DNA from: Laetmonice hystrix
Lineage: Eukaryota
DNA: 64,000 nucleotides
Direction of reading: 5' to 3'
Assembly (NCBI GenBank): GCA_965235115.1
Contig: OZ249440.1
Span: 496,001 to 560,000 of the forward strand
The position numbers and the translations under genes were made by a program. The notes beneath the pieces were generated by a model. The model was not told the DNA's origin, made no database searches, and was given only the letters and a program-made list of their open reading frames with translations. This document shows positions 48,837-62,035 of the stretch, piece by piece. Positions within the stretch are counted from its first letter, which is position 1, and every line of letters begins with the position of its first letter.

Positions 48837-49228
48837 GACGTCACTATCACTGATCACTTTTCTCCTATACTTTACCTCCTCTTTTCCGACTTATTCTTTG
48901 TCCTATTTTTTTTAATATTTTCAGTCCTATTTTTGTTCTACTTGCTGGTGTGCTGGAGAGAGCCTGATAAGAAAAGAAATGAATATTACTGAAAGTGCTT
49001 TGGAAATTATACCTGTTAGATCGACTTTTTAATGTAGGCATAGAGCATACCCATCTCAACATTCCACAGAAATAGAATAAGAATTCGACCTCGATGTTTC
49101 CTGCGTTTTTCACAATGAGCTTTTACCTGTTTGCATGCTGTGAATTCAGAACAATAGACTATATCTAAGAATAGCTGCCGTCCTTAGCAACCAGTCGAGG
49201 TGGGAAGCAAGCAGCGCGACGGCGTGTA

Positions 49229-50001
49229 GGGGAAAGCGGGGCATGGCGGGACTCGGGGCATGAAGGGACATGGCTCTAGTTCCTACACTTTCCATCAGAT
49301 GGGGCTGGGATTCCCTATAGTTGTCGCAGCCTTGATGGAAGACATATTGGTGTTGACGGATCCGAACGTCAGACCCACATTTATCTGTAATCATCTACAG
49401 ACTGAAATTCTTGGCACCCAAACTTCCGCCAGGTAAATACTTAACACCCCCTGAGTCTCTAGAACTAAGAATGACTGACTATTCTCACACCAACAGTTGG
49501 TGTCGGCATTATAGAGTAAACATTCATTACGTAGCTCGTGATGCATCATCTACTCTGGCGGGAAGAGGACATCTTTGTGACGTTAAGGGTGGGGCATAAT
49601 GGGACAGTGGCTTATGGGCCACAATGGGTAACTGTCCCATCATACCCCATGAGTAGTTAGCGCATGGGCATCCACGGAGGGCGGGGGGCAGGGCAATGGG
49701 GGCAGTCCCCCTGCATATTACGTCTGTGATTTGTGTCTGTAAACTGACTGTACCGGTCAGCCCCGACCCTGTGTTAACAGCGTCCCGTAATACCCCGTAC
49801 TCAAGGGGCACGATGGGACAGTGTTTAATTTTTTAAAAGTTGTGTTTTTTATTTCCTAGAAGTTAAAACTGTTTCTAATCAGAACTGGTAATAAAGGTTG
49901 GTAGTAGGTATACTGCTGTACTATTTTCATGTTCCAGGTGGGTAACGATTTTTCAAAAAACACATTTGAAAAAGTGTGGCCCGTTATGCCCCGCTTTCCC
50001 C
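49229..50001 (+). mobile_element. Tc1/mariner-like non-autonomous element, copy 2
   Basis: Same TIRs and TA flanks as 44648-45458, same orientation, without the SINE fragment. Confidence 0.85.
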
Positions 50002-50081
50002 TACTCAAATGTCTCTAAATTCTTAGCTGATGTAGGGTAAAAAAAAACTCGCATTGGATCAACCGCTTGATTTGTCACATT

Positions 50082-50420
50082 CACTCTTGGTCGACATTGA
50101 GGTTCTGTTCACTGACAGTGACACTCTTGGTCGACATTGAGGTTCTGTTCACTGACAGTGACACTCTTGGTCGACATTGAGGTTCTGTTCACTGACAGTG
50201 ACACTCTTGGTCGACATTGAGGTTCTGTTCACTGTGACACTGAACTGTTCACTGTGACACTGAACAAAACCTTTTAAAACTGTTCACTGTGACACTGAAC
50301 AAAACCTTTTAAAACTGTTCACTGTGACACTGAACAAAACCTTTTAAAACTGTTCACTGTGACACTGAACAAAACCTTTTAAAACTGTTCACTGTGACAC
50401 TGAACAAAACCTTTTAAAAC
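50082..50420. repeat. Adjacent 40-bp and 35-bp tandem repeats sharing ctgttcactg
   Basis: ctcttggtcgacattgaggttctgttcactgacagtgaca, then ctgttcactgtgacactgaacaaaaccttttaaaa. Confidence 0.88.
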
Positions 50421-50639
50421 GTCTCTTTATATGTTGTATACGCTAACCCCCGCTCCTGTAGATTTCTCCTCAACTTTGGAGTATTCCGTCTCTGTAGAGC
50501 TCTGTGGAATCGCTTTGAACAGTGCCGACCACTTAACACTGTTAGGGACCTACTAGGATAGCGCTTCCCAGAGCTCTCGGTCCATACTGGGAAACAATTT
50601 AAACAAGTGCTGGGTACGAAGCCGTTCACCGTAGGCCTA

Positions 50640-51060
50640 ACCCCCACCCACACCCAACCCCGCCCCACCCACACCCAACCCCGCCCCACCCACACCCAAC
50701 CCCGCCCCACCCACATCCAACCCCGCCCCACCCACATCCAACCCCGCCCCACCCACACCCAACCCCGCCACACCCACACCCAACCCCCGCCACACCCACA
50801 CCCAACCCCGCCACACCCACACCCAACCCCGCCACACCCACACCCAACCCCGCCACACCCACACCCAACCCCGCCCCACCCACACCCAACCCCGCCCCAC
50901 CCACACCCAACCCCGCCCCACCCACACCCAACCCCGCCCCACCCACACCCAACCCCGCCCCACCCACATCCAACCCCGCCCCACCCACATCCAACCCCGC
51001 CCCACCCACATCCAACCCCGCCCCACCCACACCCAACCCCGCCACACCCACACCCAACCT
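50640..51060. repeat. 21-bp C-rich (minus-strand G-rich) minisatellite, ~20 copies
   Basis: ccccgccccacccacacccaa. Confidence 0.95.
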
Positions 51061-51711
51061 TACCGCTGCTGCCGGCGGGCGGGCGGGCGGGTGGGCGGGC
51101 GGGCGGGCGGGTGGGCGGCGGTCCTCTGTCACCTCGTAGGGCCTCATTTGGTGACCTGTTCACTTGACAGGAACATTATGGAAGCTCTACACGTGACCAC
51201 AGACAACGGTTGGAAGACCGCGTGGAGCGGAAGTTAATCACGGCCTACGTACTCGTGGCATTGGATGGGTGACATTCCGACCGATTATATCCGACTTGTA
51301 TACCTGTACAGTCGGATCGGCTCGATCAGTTTCTTCATTTGTTTAGACAGTTGTTAGCACTATGGAGAAAGTCATGGGGGTGGGGGTGGGTCCATAGGAG
51401 GTGGCCGGGGGGAGGGCAGTCGGAAGGGATGGCCTGGGGTGGCACAGTCGAAATCCTTAAGCTGTATTTCCAGACCTTTTTATTAATATTATTTTATTAT
51501 TATAATGCCACTTATAGCCTTATAGATTCGTACTTGCATAACTATTTGTAAACGCCTATTCACAACTACCGCTGCTGGTCAGAACCAATGCATGTTAGAT
51601 TTCTTATCAAACTTTGAGACCGCCAAGAGATCGCCCATGTGTTTGTGCCGAAGAGAATGTGGAATATAAACAGTGTTTTGTCAATGTGTCGTGACTTTTG
51701 CTGCATTCATC

Positions 51712-52248
51712 CTGAGTTTGTTATATAGAGCCTTATTATCTGACTGTTTGATAGTGGTGCTCTCAGACGACATTGAGTTTGTTATAAACGTATAGAGCCT
51801 TATTATCTGACTGTTTGATAGTGGTGCTCTCAGACAACATTGAGTTTGTTATAAACGTATAGAGCCTTATTATCTGACTGTTTGATAGTGGTGCTCTCAG
51901 ACGACATTGAGTTTGTTATAAACGTATAGAGCCTTATTATCTCACTGTTTGATAGTGGTGCTCTCAGACGACATTGAGTTTGTTATAAACGTATAGAGCC
52001 TTATTATCTGACTGTTTGATAGTGGTGCTCTCAGACGACATTGAGTTTGTTATAAACGTATAGAGCCTTATTATCTGACTGTTTGACAGTGGTGCTCTCA
52101 GACAACATTGAGTTTGTTATAAACGTATAGAGCCTTATTATCTGACTGTTTGATAGTGGTGCTCTCAGACGACATTGAGTTTGTTATAAACGTATAGAGC
52201 CTTATTATCTGACTGTTTGATAGTGGTGCTCTCAGACAACATTGAGTT
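51712..52248. repeat. 67-bp minisatellite, 8 copies
   Basis: tatagagccttattatctgactgtttgatagtggtgctctcagacgacattgagtttgttataaacg. Confidence 0.93.
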
Positions 52249-52603
52249 GTAAATTGAAATGGTTGTGGTCGTATTTACGTGCGGGTGACGGCACCTGATC
52301 CCAGGCCTTTGCACCCTGCAGGGACTCATTCTGGGTTAACAAACAACGCCTGGCCCGAATTCGTCATGTGCGCACCCCCGCCCCCCTCGTGCCAGGAATC
52401 AATCTACCCGCGCCACGCCTAAACTTTAAACCTGGTGTGATCACCGGACACCCGATGATTTACCTGGGTAAACAAAGAGGGTGGAGATCTGCCAGGAGTG
52501 ACACGCAGTTGTTGAACCAAGGAAGTCGATCTTTACCCTGTGGACTGACGACCGCCAATCAGCTGAGAAAGAAAGGTTCACCCCGGTTGACACTGCGCAT
52601 GCT

Positions 52604-53205
52604 CGTGTTCACAGCCGGAAGATAACTGTCTATCTCACGGCTCAGATAATGTGTTCACAGCCGGAAGATAACTGTCTATCTCACGGCTCAGATAATGTGT
52701 TCACAGCCGGAAGATAACTGTCTATCTCACGGCTCAGATAATGTGTTCACAGCCGGAAGATAACTGTCTATCTCACGGCTCAGATAATGTGTTCACAGCC
52801 GGAAGATAACTGTCTATCTCACGGCTCAGATAATGTGTTCACAGCCGGAAGATAACTGTCTATCTCACGGCTCAGATAATGTGTTCACAGCCGGAAGATA
52901 ACTGTCTATCTCACGGCTCAGATAATGTGTTCACAGCCGGAAGATAACTGTCTATCTCACGGCTCAGATAATGTGTTCACAGCCGGAAGATAACTGTCTA
53001 TCTCACGGCTCAGATAATGTGTTCACAGCCGGAAGATAACTGTCTATCTCACGGCTCAGATAATGTGTTCACAGCCGGAAGATAACTGTCTATCTCACGG
53101 CTCAGATAATGTGTTCACAGCCGGAAGATAACTGTCTATCTCACGGCTCAGATAATGTGTTCACAGCCGGAAGATAACTGTCTGTTTCACGGCTCAGATA
53201 ATGTG
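52604..53205. repeat. 46-bp minisatellite, 13 copies
   Basis: gtgttcacagccggaagataactgtctatctcacggctcagataat. Confidence 0.95.
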
Positions 53206-53253
53206 TATCAATGATAGGATAGAACTACTGTTAGTCAGTGTAGTACGAAAGCC

Positions 53254-53711
53254 CAGAAGGTTCATGAGAAATTCGAAATGCGAAATTCAAAATGCGAAAT
53301 TCGAAATGCGAAATTCGACGTCCCCCCTGTGCCCCCCCCCCCGTGACATTTCCCCGGGGTCCCCGTGACAGGTCATGGAGCTTAAGCTTAAGCTTAATCT
53401 TAACATTTCTGATTGGCTGATTGCCACATATTTAAGCTGCCTTGCTTAAACCGGTGACAACTAGCCAATCAATTGCGTTAAGCTTAAGCTTAAGCAAGAT
53501 GTCTTAGTATCACAAACCGGGGCCAGGGAACGCGGGGGGTGGGGGGGGGGGGGTGGCTGTCACAGGGAAACGCTGGGGAGAAATATCACGGGGGAAATCC
53601 TGGGGGAACGGTCACGGGAAAAATGCCGGTGGGAACTGTCACGGGTAATACTAGGGAAATATCACGGGGGAAACGCCGGGGGGGAATTTCGAATTTCGCA
53701 TGAGCCTTCTG
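53254..53711. mobile_element. MITE with CAGAAGG termini containing a second palindromic element fragment
   Basis: cagaaggttcatgagaaattcgaaat / atttcgaatttcgcatgagccttctg; the interior ttaagcttaagcttaa...gattggc...gccaatc...ttaagcttaagcttaa is symmetric. Confidence 0.65.
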
Positions 53712-53929
53712 GAGACCGTTTGACTAAACACTCGTATATTATGAGGTCGTATATTCTATAGATTATAATAGCAAAATGTACGAGTTGTTTCTTAAGGCCG
53801 TATACGAGCTCGTACAGTCTTAGTGAAACGAGCCCCAGGGTTTTCGCATAGGCCTATACCGAGTGAAGGAAAGTTTGCCGAGATCCTACAGGTAGCCCTA
53901 ATGGATCTACTGTCTCCGCCGCCAACCGT

Positions 53930-55690
53930 TGGTGTAAGAGACGTGTACTCTATACACGCTGTCAAATTACCCCCACTCTCTTCGTACAGTTACACCTTAT
54001 CTGATGTAAGAGACGCGTACTCTATACACGCTGTCAAATTACTCCCACTCTCTCCGTACAGTTACACCTTATCTGGTGTAAGAGACGTGTATGTACTCTA
54101 TACACGCTGTCAAATTACTCCCACTCTCTTCGTACAGTTACACCTTATCTGATGTAAGAGACGCGTATGTACTCTATACACGCTGTCAAATTACTCTCAC
54201 TCTCTTCGTACAGTTACACCTTATCTGATGTAAGAGACGTGTATGTACTCTATACACGCTGTCAAATTACTCCCACTCTCTTCGTACAGTTACACCTTAT
54301 CTGATGTAAGAGACGCGTATGTACTCTATACACGCTGTCAAACTACTCTCACTCTCTTCGTACAGTTACACCTTATCTGGTGTAAGAGACGTGTATGTAC
54401 TCTATACACGCTGTCAAATTACTCTCACTCTCTTCGTACAGTTACACCTTATCTGGTGTAAGAGACGTGTATGTACTCTATACACGCTGTCAAATTACTC
54501 TCACTCTCTTTGTACAGTTACACCTTATCTGGTGTAAGAGACGTGTATGTACTCTATACACGCTGTCAAATTACTCTCACTCTCTTCGTACAGTTACACC
54601 TTATCTGGTGTAAGAGACGTGTATGTACTCTATACACGCTGTCAAATTACTCTCACTCTCTTCGTACAGTTACACCTTATCTGATGTAAGAGACGTGTAT
54701 GTACTCTATACACGCTGTCAAATTACTCTTACTCTCTTCGTACAGTTACACCTTATCTGGTGTAAGAGACGTGTATGTACTCTATACACGCTGTCAAATT
54801 ACTCTCACTCTCTTCGTACAGTTACACCTTATCTGGTGTAAGAGACGTGTATGTACTCTATACACGCTGTCAAATTACTCTCACTCTCTTCGTACAGTTA
54901 CACCTTATCTGGTGTAAGAGGCGCGTACTCTATACACGCTGTCAAATTACTCTCACTCTCTTCGTACAGTTACACCTTATCTGGTGTAAGAGACGTGTAT
55001 GTACTCTATACACGCTGTCAAATTACTCCCACTCTCTTCGTACAGTTACACCTTATCTGGTGTAAGAGACGTGTATGTACTCTATACACGCTGTCAAATT
55101 ACTCTCACTCTCTTCGTACAGTTACACCTTATCTGGTGTAAGAGACGTGTATGTACTCTATACACGCTGTCAAATTACTCTCACTCTCTTCGTACAGTTA
55201 CACCTTATCTGGTGTAAGAGACGTGTATGTACTCTATACACGCTGTCAAATTACTCTCACTCTCTTCGTACAGTTACACCTTATCTGGTGTAAGAGACGT
55301 GTATGTACTCTATACACGCTGTCAAATTACTCTCACTCTCTTTGTACAGTTACACCTTATCTGGTGTAAGAGACGTGTACTCTATACACGCTGTCAAATT
55401 ACTCTCACTCTCTTCGTACAGTTACACCTTATCTGATGTAAGAGACGTGTACTCTATACACGCTGTCAAATTACTCTCACTCTCTTCGTACAGTTACACC
55501 TTATCTGGTGTAAGAGACGTGTATGTACTCTATACACGCTGTCAAATTACTCTCACTCTCTTCGTACAGTTACACCTTATCTGATGTAAGAGACGTTTAT
55601 GTACTCTATACACGCTGTCAAATTACTCTCACTCTCTTCGTACAGTTACACCTTATCTGATGTAAGAGACGTGTACTCCATACACGTTGT
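53930..55690. repeat. 72/76-bp minisatellite, ~23 copies
   Basis: gtgtatgtactctatacacgctgtcaaattactctcactctcttcgtacagttacaccttatctggtgtaagagac. Confidence 0.95.
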
Positions 55691-56869
55691 CAAATTACAA
55701 ATTACTCCCACTCTCGTATTCAAATTACTCCGGCTGTCTTCACCCCGGGGGGACGTTAAAGTTTACATTTTATTCAGGGTGTAGTGAATTCGTAATGATG
55801 TTTATTAGCTCGACCTTTTCCCCTCTTTTATCATTCCACGTCATGACTCGTGGTATGGAATGTGTTTGAATAAAGAATACCCCTTCATAACGTCCGACGT
55901 ATTCACAATGGCAGGGACACTGTCCCGTCCCACCACCGTGTTGATGTGTATAGGCTGTACATGTATTTAGTATGTACTGGCAATTCGTTCTTTAACGTCC
56001 TATTGTGGACCGTATGAAATGATTTAACGGTAAAGGTGGTTGGGTAAATTGTATTGTTCGAAACTTATAGAAGTGGTTTAGATGTGGCAAAGATCTAATT
56101 AGTGGAATTAAAATGATCTACAGCGGAAAGTAGATTTTGAGAGATGCTAGGGACGGGGAATGAGGTAGCTGGTGGACGCCGCAGCTCTGGTCTGACTGAC
56201 TAATGATGTGTTTATGGAGTCTGTACCACTGCCCTTCAACCTGTCCTAATGCACAACCGCCTGGCTTCAGGATTAACTCAAACAAGCCGTCTTATTGTCG
56301 TCCAGCTCGTGTGAACATCGGTAATCCATGCAGAACGGGAGGTGGGGGCTTGGGATTCTGAGGCCGGACTCAGGACTGACAGAGCAGGCGAGGTGGTGGT
56401 AGTCCATTCGCCAAAAGGGGTAACTTCCGAATTTTCTATGGTACAAGGTTTTTTTTATGGATTCACAATCTATGGGCCACCCTGAAGCATTTCAGATTGG
56501 TAATTCTGATGATAACCTTAGGCAACTCGCGCTTATCTTTGAAACCAGTGGCCGAGTGCATACATCAGTCGTAGGAGGTTGAGGCGTGTTTGTATTAGAG
56601 CTTAATAAAAGGGAAAGGCAAAGCTAGAAACAGAAAGAAAAGTTGATTAGGAAGAAGGAACAAAATTACAAAAGTAAGGAACTGGACATATAATACTAAA
56701 TCATATGATAGATGCTGTATCCTTGATAAAAACATAGGAACATACATGTACTTACAAAAACATGTCTCGTGTGTCGTTTAACGTCGCCATTTTTCGTTTA
56801 CATTGAGACATTTTGGATTAGAAGCCTCCGTGTAAAACTTTCTCAGAGATCAGCATCCATGGCTGGAAC

Positions 56870-58590
56870 CTTCAGACCTTGGCCCAAGTTGTCCTTGATA
56901 TAAACTTGGCCGGTATTTTACGACAGAAGGACGTCCTTCAGACCTTGGCCCAATTTGTCCTTGATATAAACTTGGCCGGTATTTTACGACAGAAGGACGT
57001 CCTTCAGACCTTGGCCCAAGTTGTCCTTGATATAAACTTGGCCGGTATTTTACGACAGAAGGACGTCCTTCAGACCTTAGCCCAATTTGTCCTTGATATA
57101 AACTTGGCTGGTATTTTACGACAGAAGGACGTCCTTCAGACCTTGGCCCAAGTTGTCCTTGATATAAACTTGGCCGGTATTTTACGACAGAAGGACGTCC
57201 TTCAGACCTTGGCCCAAGTTGTCCTTGATATAAACTTGGCTGGTATTTTACGACAGAAGGACGTCCTTCAGACCTTGGCCCAAGTTGTCCTTGATATAAA
57301 CTTGGCCGGTATTTTACGACAGAAGGACGTCCTTCAGACCTTAGCCCAATTTGTCCTTGATATAAACTTGGCCGGTATTTTACGACAGAAGGACGTCCTT
57401 CAGACCTGGGCCCAATGTGTCCTTGATATAAACTTGGCCGGTATTTTACGACAGAAGGACGTCCTTCAGACCTTGGCCCAAGTTGTCCTTGATATAAACT
57501 TGGCCGGTATTTTACGACAGAAGGACGTCCTTCAGACCTGGGCCCAATTTGTCCTTGATATAAACTTGGCCGGTATTTTACGACAGAAGGACGTCCTTCA
57601 GACCTTGGCCCAAGTTGTCCTTGATATAAACTTGGCCGGTATTTTACTACAGAAGGACGTCCTTCAGACCTTGGCCCAATTTGTCCTTGATATAAACTTG
57701 GCCGGTATTTTACGACAGAAGGACGTCCTTCAGACCTTAGCCCAATTTGTCCTTGATATAAACTTGGCTGGTATTTTACGACAGAAGGACGTCCTTCAGA
57801 CCTTGGCCCAAGTTGTCCTTGATATAAACTTGGCCGGTATTTTACGACAGAAGGACGTCCTTCAGACCTTGGCCCAAGTTGTCCTTGATATAAACTTGGC
57901 CGGTATTTTACGACAGAAGGACGTCCTTCAGACCTTGGCCCAATTTGTCCTTGATATAAACTTGGCCGGTATTTTACGACAGAAGGACGTCCTTCAGACC
58001 TGGGCCCAATTTGTCCTTGATATAAACTTGGCCGGTATTTTACGACAGAAGGACGTCCTTCAGACCTTGGCCCAATTTGTCCTTGATATAAACTTGGCCG
58101 GTATTTTACGACAGAAGGACGTCCTTCAGACCTGGGCCCAAGTTGTCCTTGATATAAACTTGGCCGGTATTTTACGACAGAAAGACGTCCTTCAGACCTT
58201 GGCCCAAGTTGTCCTTGATATAAACTTGGCCGGTATTTTACGACAGAAGGACGTCCTTCAGACCTGGGCCCAAGTTGTCCTTGATATAAACTTGGCCGGT
58301 ATTTTACGACAGAAGGACGTCCTTCAGACCTGGGCCCAAGTTGTCCTTGATATAAACTTGGCCGGTATTTTACGACAGAAGGACGTCCTTCAGACCTTGG
58401 CCCAAGTTGTCCTTGATATAAACTTGGCCGGTATTTTACGACAGAAGGACGTCCTTCAGACCTGGGCCCAAGTTGTCCTTGATATAAACTTGGCCGGTAT
58501 TTTACGACAGAAGGACGTCCTTCAGACCTGGGCCCAAGTTGTCCTTGATATAAACTTGGCCGGTATTTTACGACAGAAGGACATCGTGTA
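56870..58590. repeat. 66-bp minisatellite, ~26 copies, stop-free in one frame on each strand
   Basis: Period 56881 to 56947; gives the 22-aa repeats in ORFs 56879..58591(+) and 56850..58652(-). Confidence 0.95.
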
Positions 58591-58807
58591 AACTTGGCCG
58601 GTTTATTACGAATGAAGGACATCGTACGTACGCTTGCGAACGGTTTATGCACTCAGCCACTGGATTCCCTTGTGTGACGACTAAAGATCCGTGGTATCAC
58701 GTGATCATCGCCCCCCTCAAATACCCGCGCTGGCACTGAAATAAAATCTCTTGGAATCTCTGAGAGAAAAACACGTTACATTACTCCAGAACAGATAACG
58801 GATTGTG

Positions 58808-59455
58808 GTACTCACCACTGGTGGGTGTGGATGGTCGGCGTACTCGCCACTGGTGGGTGTGAATGGTCGGCGTACTCACCACTAGTGGGTGTGGATGGTC
58901 GGCGTACTCACCACTGGTGGGTGTGGATGGTCGGCGTACTCGCCACTAGTGGGTGTGGATGGTCGGCGTACTCGCCACTGGTGGGTGTGGATGGTCGGCG
59001 TACTCACCACTGGTGGGTGTGGATGGTCGGCGTACTCACCACTAGTGGGTGTGGATGGTCGGCGTACTCGCCACTGGTGGGTGTGGATGGTCGGCGTACT
59101 CACCACTGGTGGGTGTGGATGGTCGGCGTACTCACCACTAGTGGGTGTGGATGGTCGGCGTACTCACCACTGGTGGGTGTGGATGGTCGGCGTACTCACC
59201 ACTGGTGGGTGTGGATGGTCGGCGTACTCACCACTGGTGGGTGTGGATGGTCGGCGTAGCTACCACTGGTGGGTGTGGATGGTCGGCGTAGCTACCACTG
59301 GTGGGTGTGGATGGTCGGCGTAGCTACCACTGGTGGGTGTGGATGGTCGGCGTAGCTACCACTGGTGGGTGTGGATGGTCGGCGTAGCTACCACTGGTGG
59401 GTGTGGATGGTCGGCGTAGGCCTACTCACCACTGGTGGGTGTGGATGGTCGGCGT
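58808..59455. repeat. 32-bp minisatellite, ~20 copies
   Basis: actcaccactggtgggtgtggatggtcggcgt. Confidence 0.94.
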
Positions 59456-59574
59456 ACGAAACGTCGTATAACAAGTGAATTGACGTCGTCATGCGGCAGA
59501 CGACCTCCCACTGTTCCCTCCCCGTCACCTCGCGTGGTCACCGCTTGACGCCAATATATATATCACCAACAGCG

Positions 59575-59592
59575 CACTGCCACCTGGCGGGC
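59575..59592 (-). promoter_or_regulatory. CTCF-like motif
   Basis: Reverse complement reads CCGCCAGGTGGCAGTG, matching the CCRSYAGRKGGCRS consensus; motif match only. Confidence 0.4.
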
Positions 59593-59928
59593 GGTGTCGT
59601 CAACTTGCTTCGCCTCCCCCCATTCGTGTGTGGAACAAGAACAGACAAGAACCCTTAAAACTATAATGTTACAGGTTATATGCTACATTCACTTCAATCA
59701 TCTAGAAATGGAAACCAAAAGATAATAGTCTACATGGAGGCAAAACTTGGGGCGGAGAAACATTTGCACAAAAAAAACCCAGATGAATTATCACACCTGC
59801 AAACTCAAGTCAGGCAGAGTGCGTAGATCAACTATGACTGCAGCGCCGTGCGGTGGCGAGTGTGTAAAACATATGAAACGTATGGCGGCAATGTTAAAGT
59901 GGCACCTCAAATTTCTCGACTACTTCTC

Positions 59929-60640
59929 TTTGAACCTCAGTGACGCCATACGTTTACTTATCTTTGAACCTCAGTGACGCCATACGTTTACTTATCTTTG
60001 AACCTCAGTGACGCCATACGTTTACTTATCTTTGAACCTCAGTGACACCATACGTTTACTTATCTTTGAACCTCAGTGACACCATACGTTTACTTATCTT
60101 TGAACCTCAGTGACGCCATACGTTTACTTATCTTTGAACCTCAGTGACGCCATACGTTTACTTATCTTTGAACCTCAGTGACGCCATACGTTTACTTATC
60201 TTTGAACCTCAGTGACGCCATACGTTTACTTATCTTTGAACCTCAGTGACGCCATACGTTTACTTATCTTTGAACCTTAGTGACGCCATACGTTTACTTA
60301 TCTTTGAACCTCAGTGACGCCATACGTTTACTTATCTTTGAACCTCAGTGACGCCATACGTTTACTTATCTTTGAACCTCAGTGACGCCATACGTTTACT
60401 TATCTTTGAACCTCAGTGACGCCATACGTTTACTTATCTTTGAACCTCAGTGACGCCATACGTTTACTTATCTTTGAACCTCAGTGACGCCATACGTTTA
60501 CTTATCTTTGAACCTCAGTGACGCCATACGTTTACTTATCTTTGAACCTCAGTGACGCCATACGTTTACTTATCTTTGAACCCCAGTGACGCCATACGTT
60601 TACTTATCTTTGAACCTCAGTGACGCCATACGTTTACTTA
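59929..60640. repeat. 34-bp minisatellite, ~21 copies
   Basis: tttgaacctcagtgacgccatacgtttacttatc. Confidence 0.95.
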
Positions 60641-61514
60641 GATCTAGGCCTATCACAGGCGTGTTGTAGATCTAGGCCTATCACAGGCGTATTGTCTATC
60701 GACAACAATAACCGAACGTTGGTTAAAGCGACACTGTCATGCTCCCAACCACCTATAGTGTGACACTACAGGTGTGACACTGTCACACATGATCACTGAG
60801 ACTTCTTATGTTGGTGACTCAGGGCAGTTACCGGACAGTGTGGCCAGACGAGCTGGCCGTGCCTCGTGGTGCTGCCACCTAGTGTATTACCCGGACAGTG
60901 TGGCTTTATAACCAAAACCACAATCACCCAGGCGATCTTCACGTGCCTCGTGGTGCTGCCACCTAGTGTATTACCCGGACAGTGTGGCTCTCCCTCCGGA
61001 CAGAGATCGTTCACTTCATTTAATCTCTGCCACAGGCTGGGTACAGTAAACTGCCGTTTGAGTGACCCCTGACCTGACCTAGAAATCCCCGACCGAGCCA
61101 GTTGAGCTGGAATCGTGGCTTCTCGAATTTGCTGACGCACTCTTGTTGTTTACTTTTACGGTGCAGACTGTCAGAATATTCGTTAATATATTAACGAGAG
61201 AGGTTCAACTACTTAGGCCTACTTCTAGGCTTTGATCTCTCTAGATCTAGGCCTTGATCTCTCCGCTCCAACAGTCCTGCTGTCCTGCTCTTCCCGCTTA
61301 TGAAAATGTTCAAACTTCCGGTTAAAAGCGTATTCAATTCAACCCTTAAAATTCGTCAAAACCCTTTATAACGCCGAATTTACGAGTAGTTGCCTACTCA
61401 ACATGAGTACCGTCTCGCTACCTTCCTAAGCGAATTTTTGACGAACCGTAACTCGTCAGATTGAGTAGTTTTTGAGTAGATTTACTTAACACAAGATTTT
61501 CTGTGTGGGCATAT

Positions 61515-62035
61515 AGGCCTAGTTGAACAAACTTCTTGTGCTATGTCGTGCCTGCTTGTAAGCCTATAGGCATAGTTCAACAAACTTCCTGTGCTATGTC
61601 ATGCCTGCTTGTAAGCCTAGGCATAGTTCAACAAACTTCTTGTGCTATGTCGTGCCTGCTTGTAAGCCTATAGTTCAACAAACTTCTTGTGCTATGTCAT
61701 GCCTGCTTGTAAGCCTAGGCATAGTTCAACAAACTTCTTGTGCTATGTCGTGCCTGCTTGTAAGCCTATAGTTCAACAAACTTCTTGTGCTATGTCATGC
61801 CTGCTTGTAAGCCTATAGTTCAACAAACTTCTTGTGCTATGTCATGCCTGCTTGTAAGCCTAGGCATAGTTCAACAAACTTCTTGTGCTATGTCGTGCCT
61901 GCTTGTAAGCCTATAGTTCAACAAACTTCTTGTGCTATGTCGTGCCTGCTTGTAAGCCTAGGCATAGTTCAACAAACTTCTTGTGCTATGTCATGCCTGC
62001 TTGTAAGCCTAGGCATAGTTCAAGAAACTTCCTGC
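61515..62035. repeat. 46/51-bp minisatellite, ~11 copies
   Basis: atagttcaacaaacttcttgtgctatgtc(a/g)tgcctgcttgtaagcct(aggc). Confidence 0.92.

Noticed and set aside
50414-51167. Gly/Cys/Trp- or Pro/His-rich structural protein ORFs
   Set aside because: All frames are open simply because the 21-bp unit lacks stops; there is no signal peptide or unique domain.
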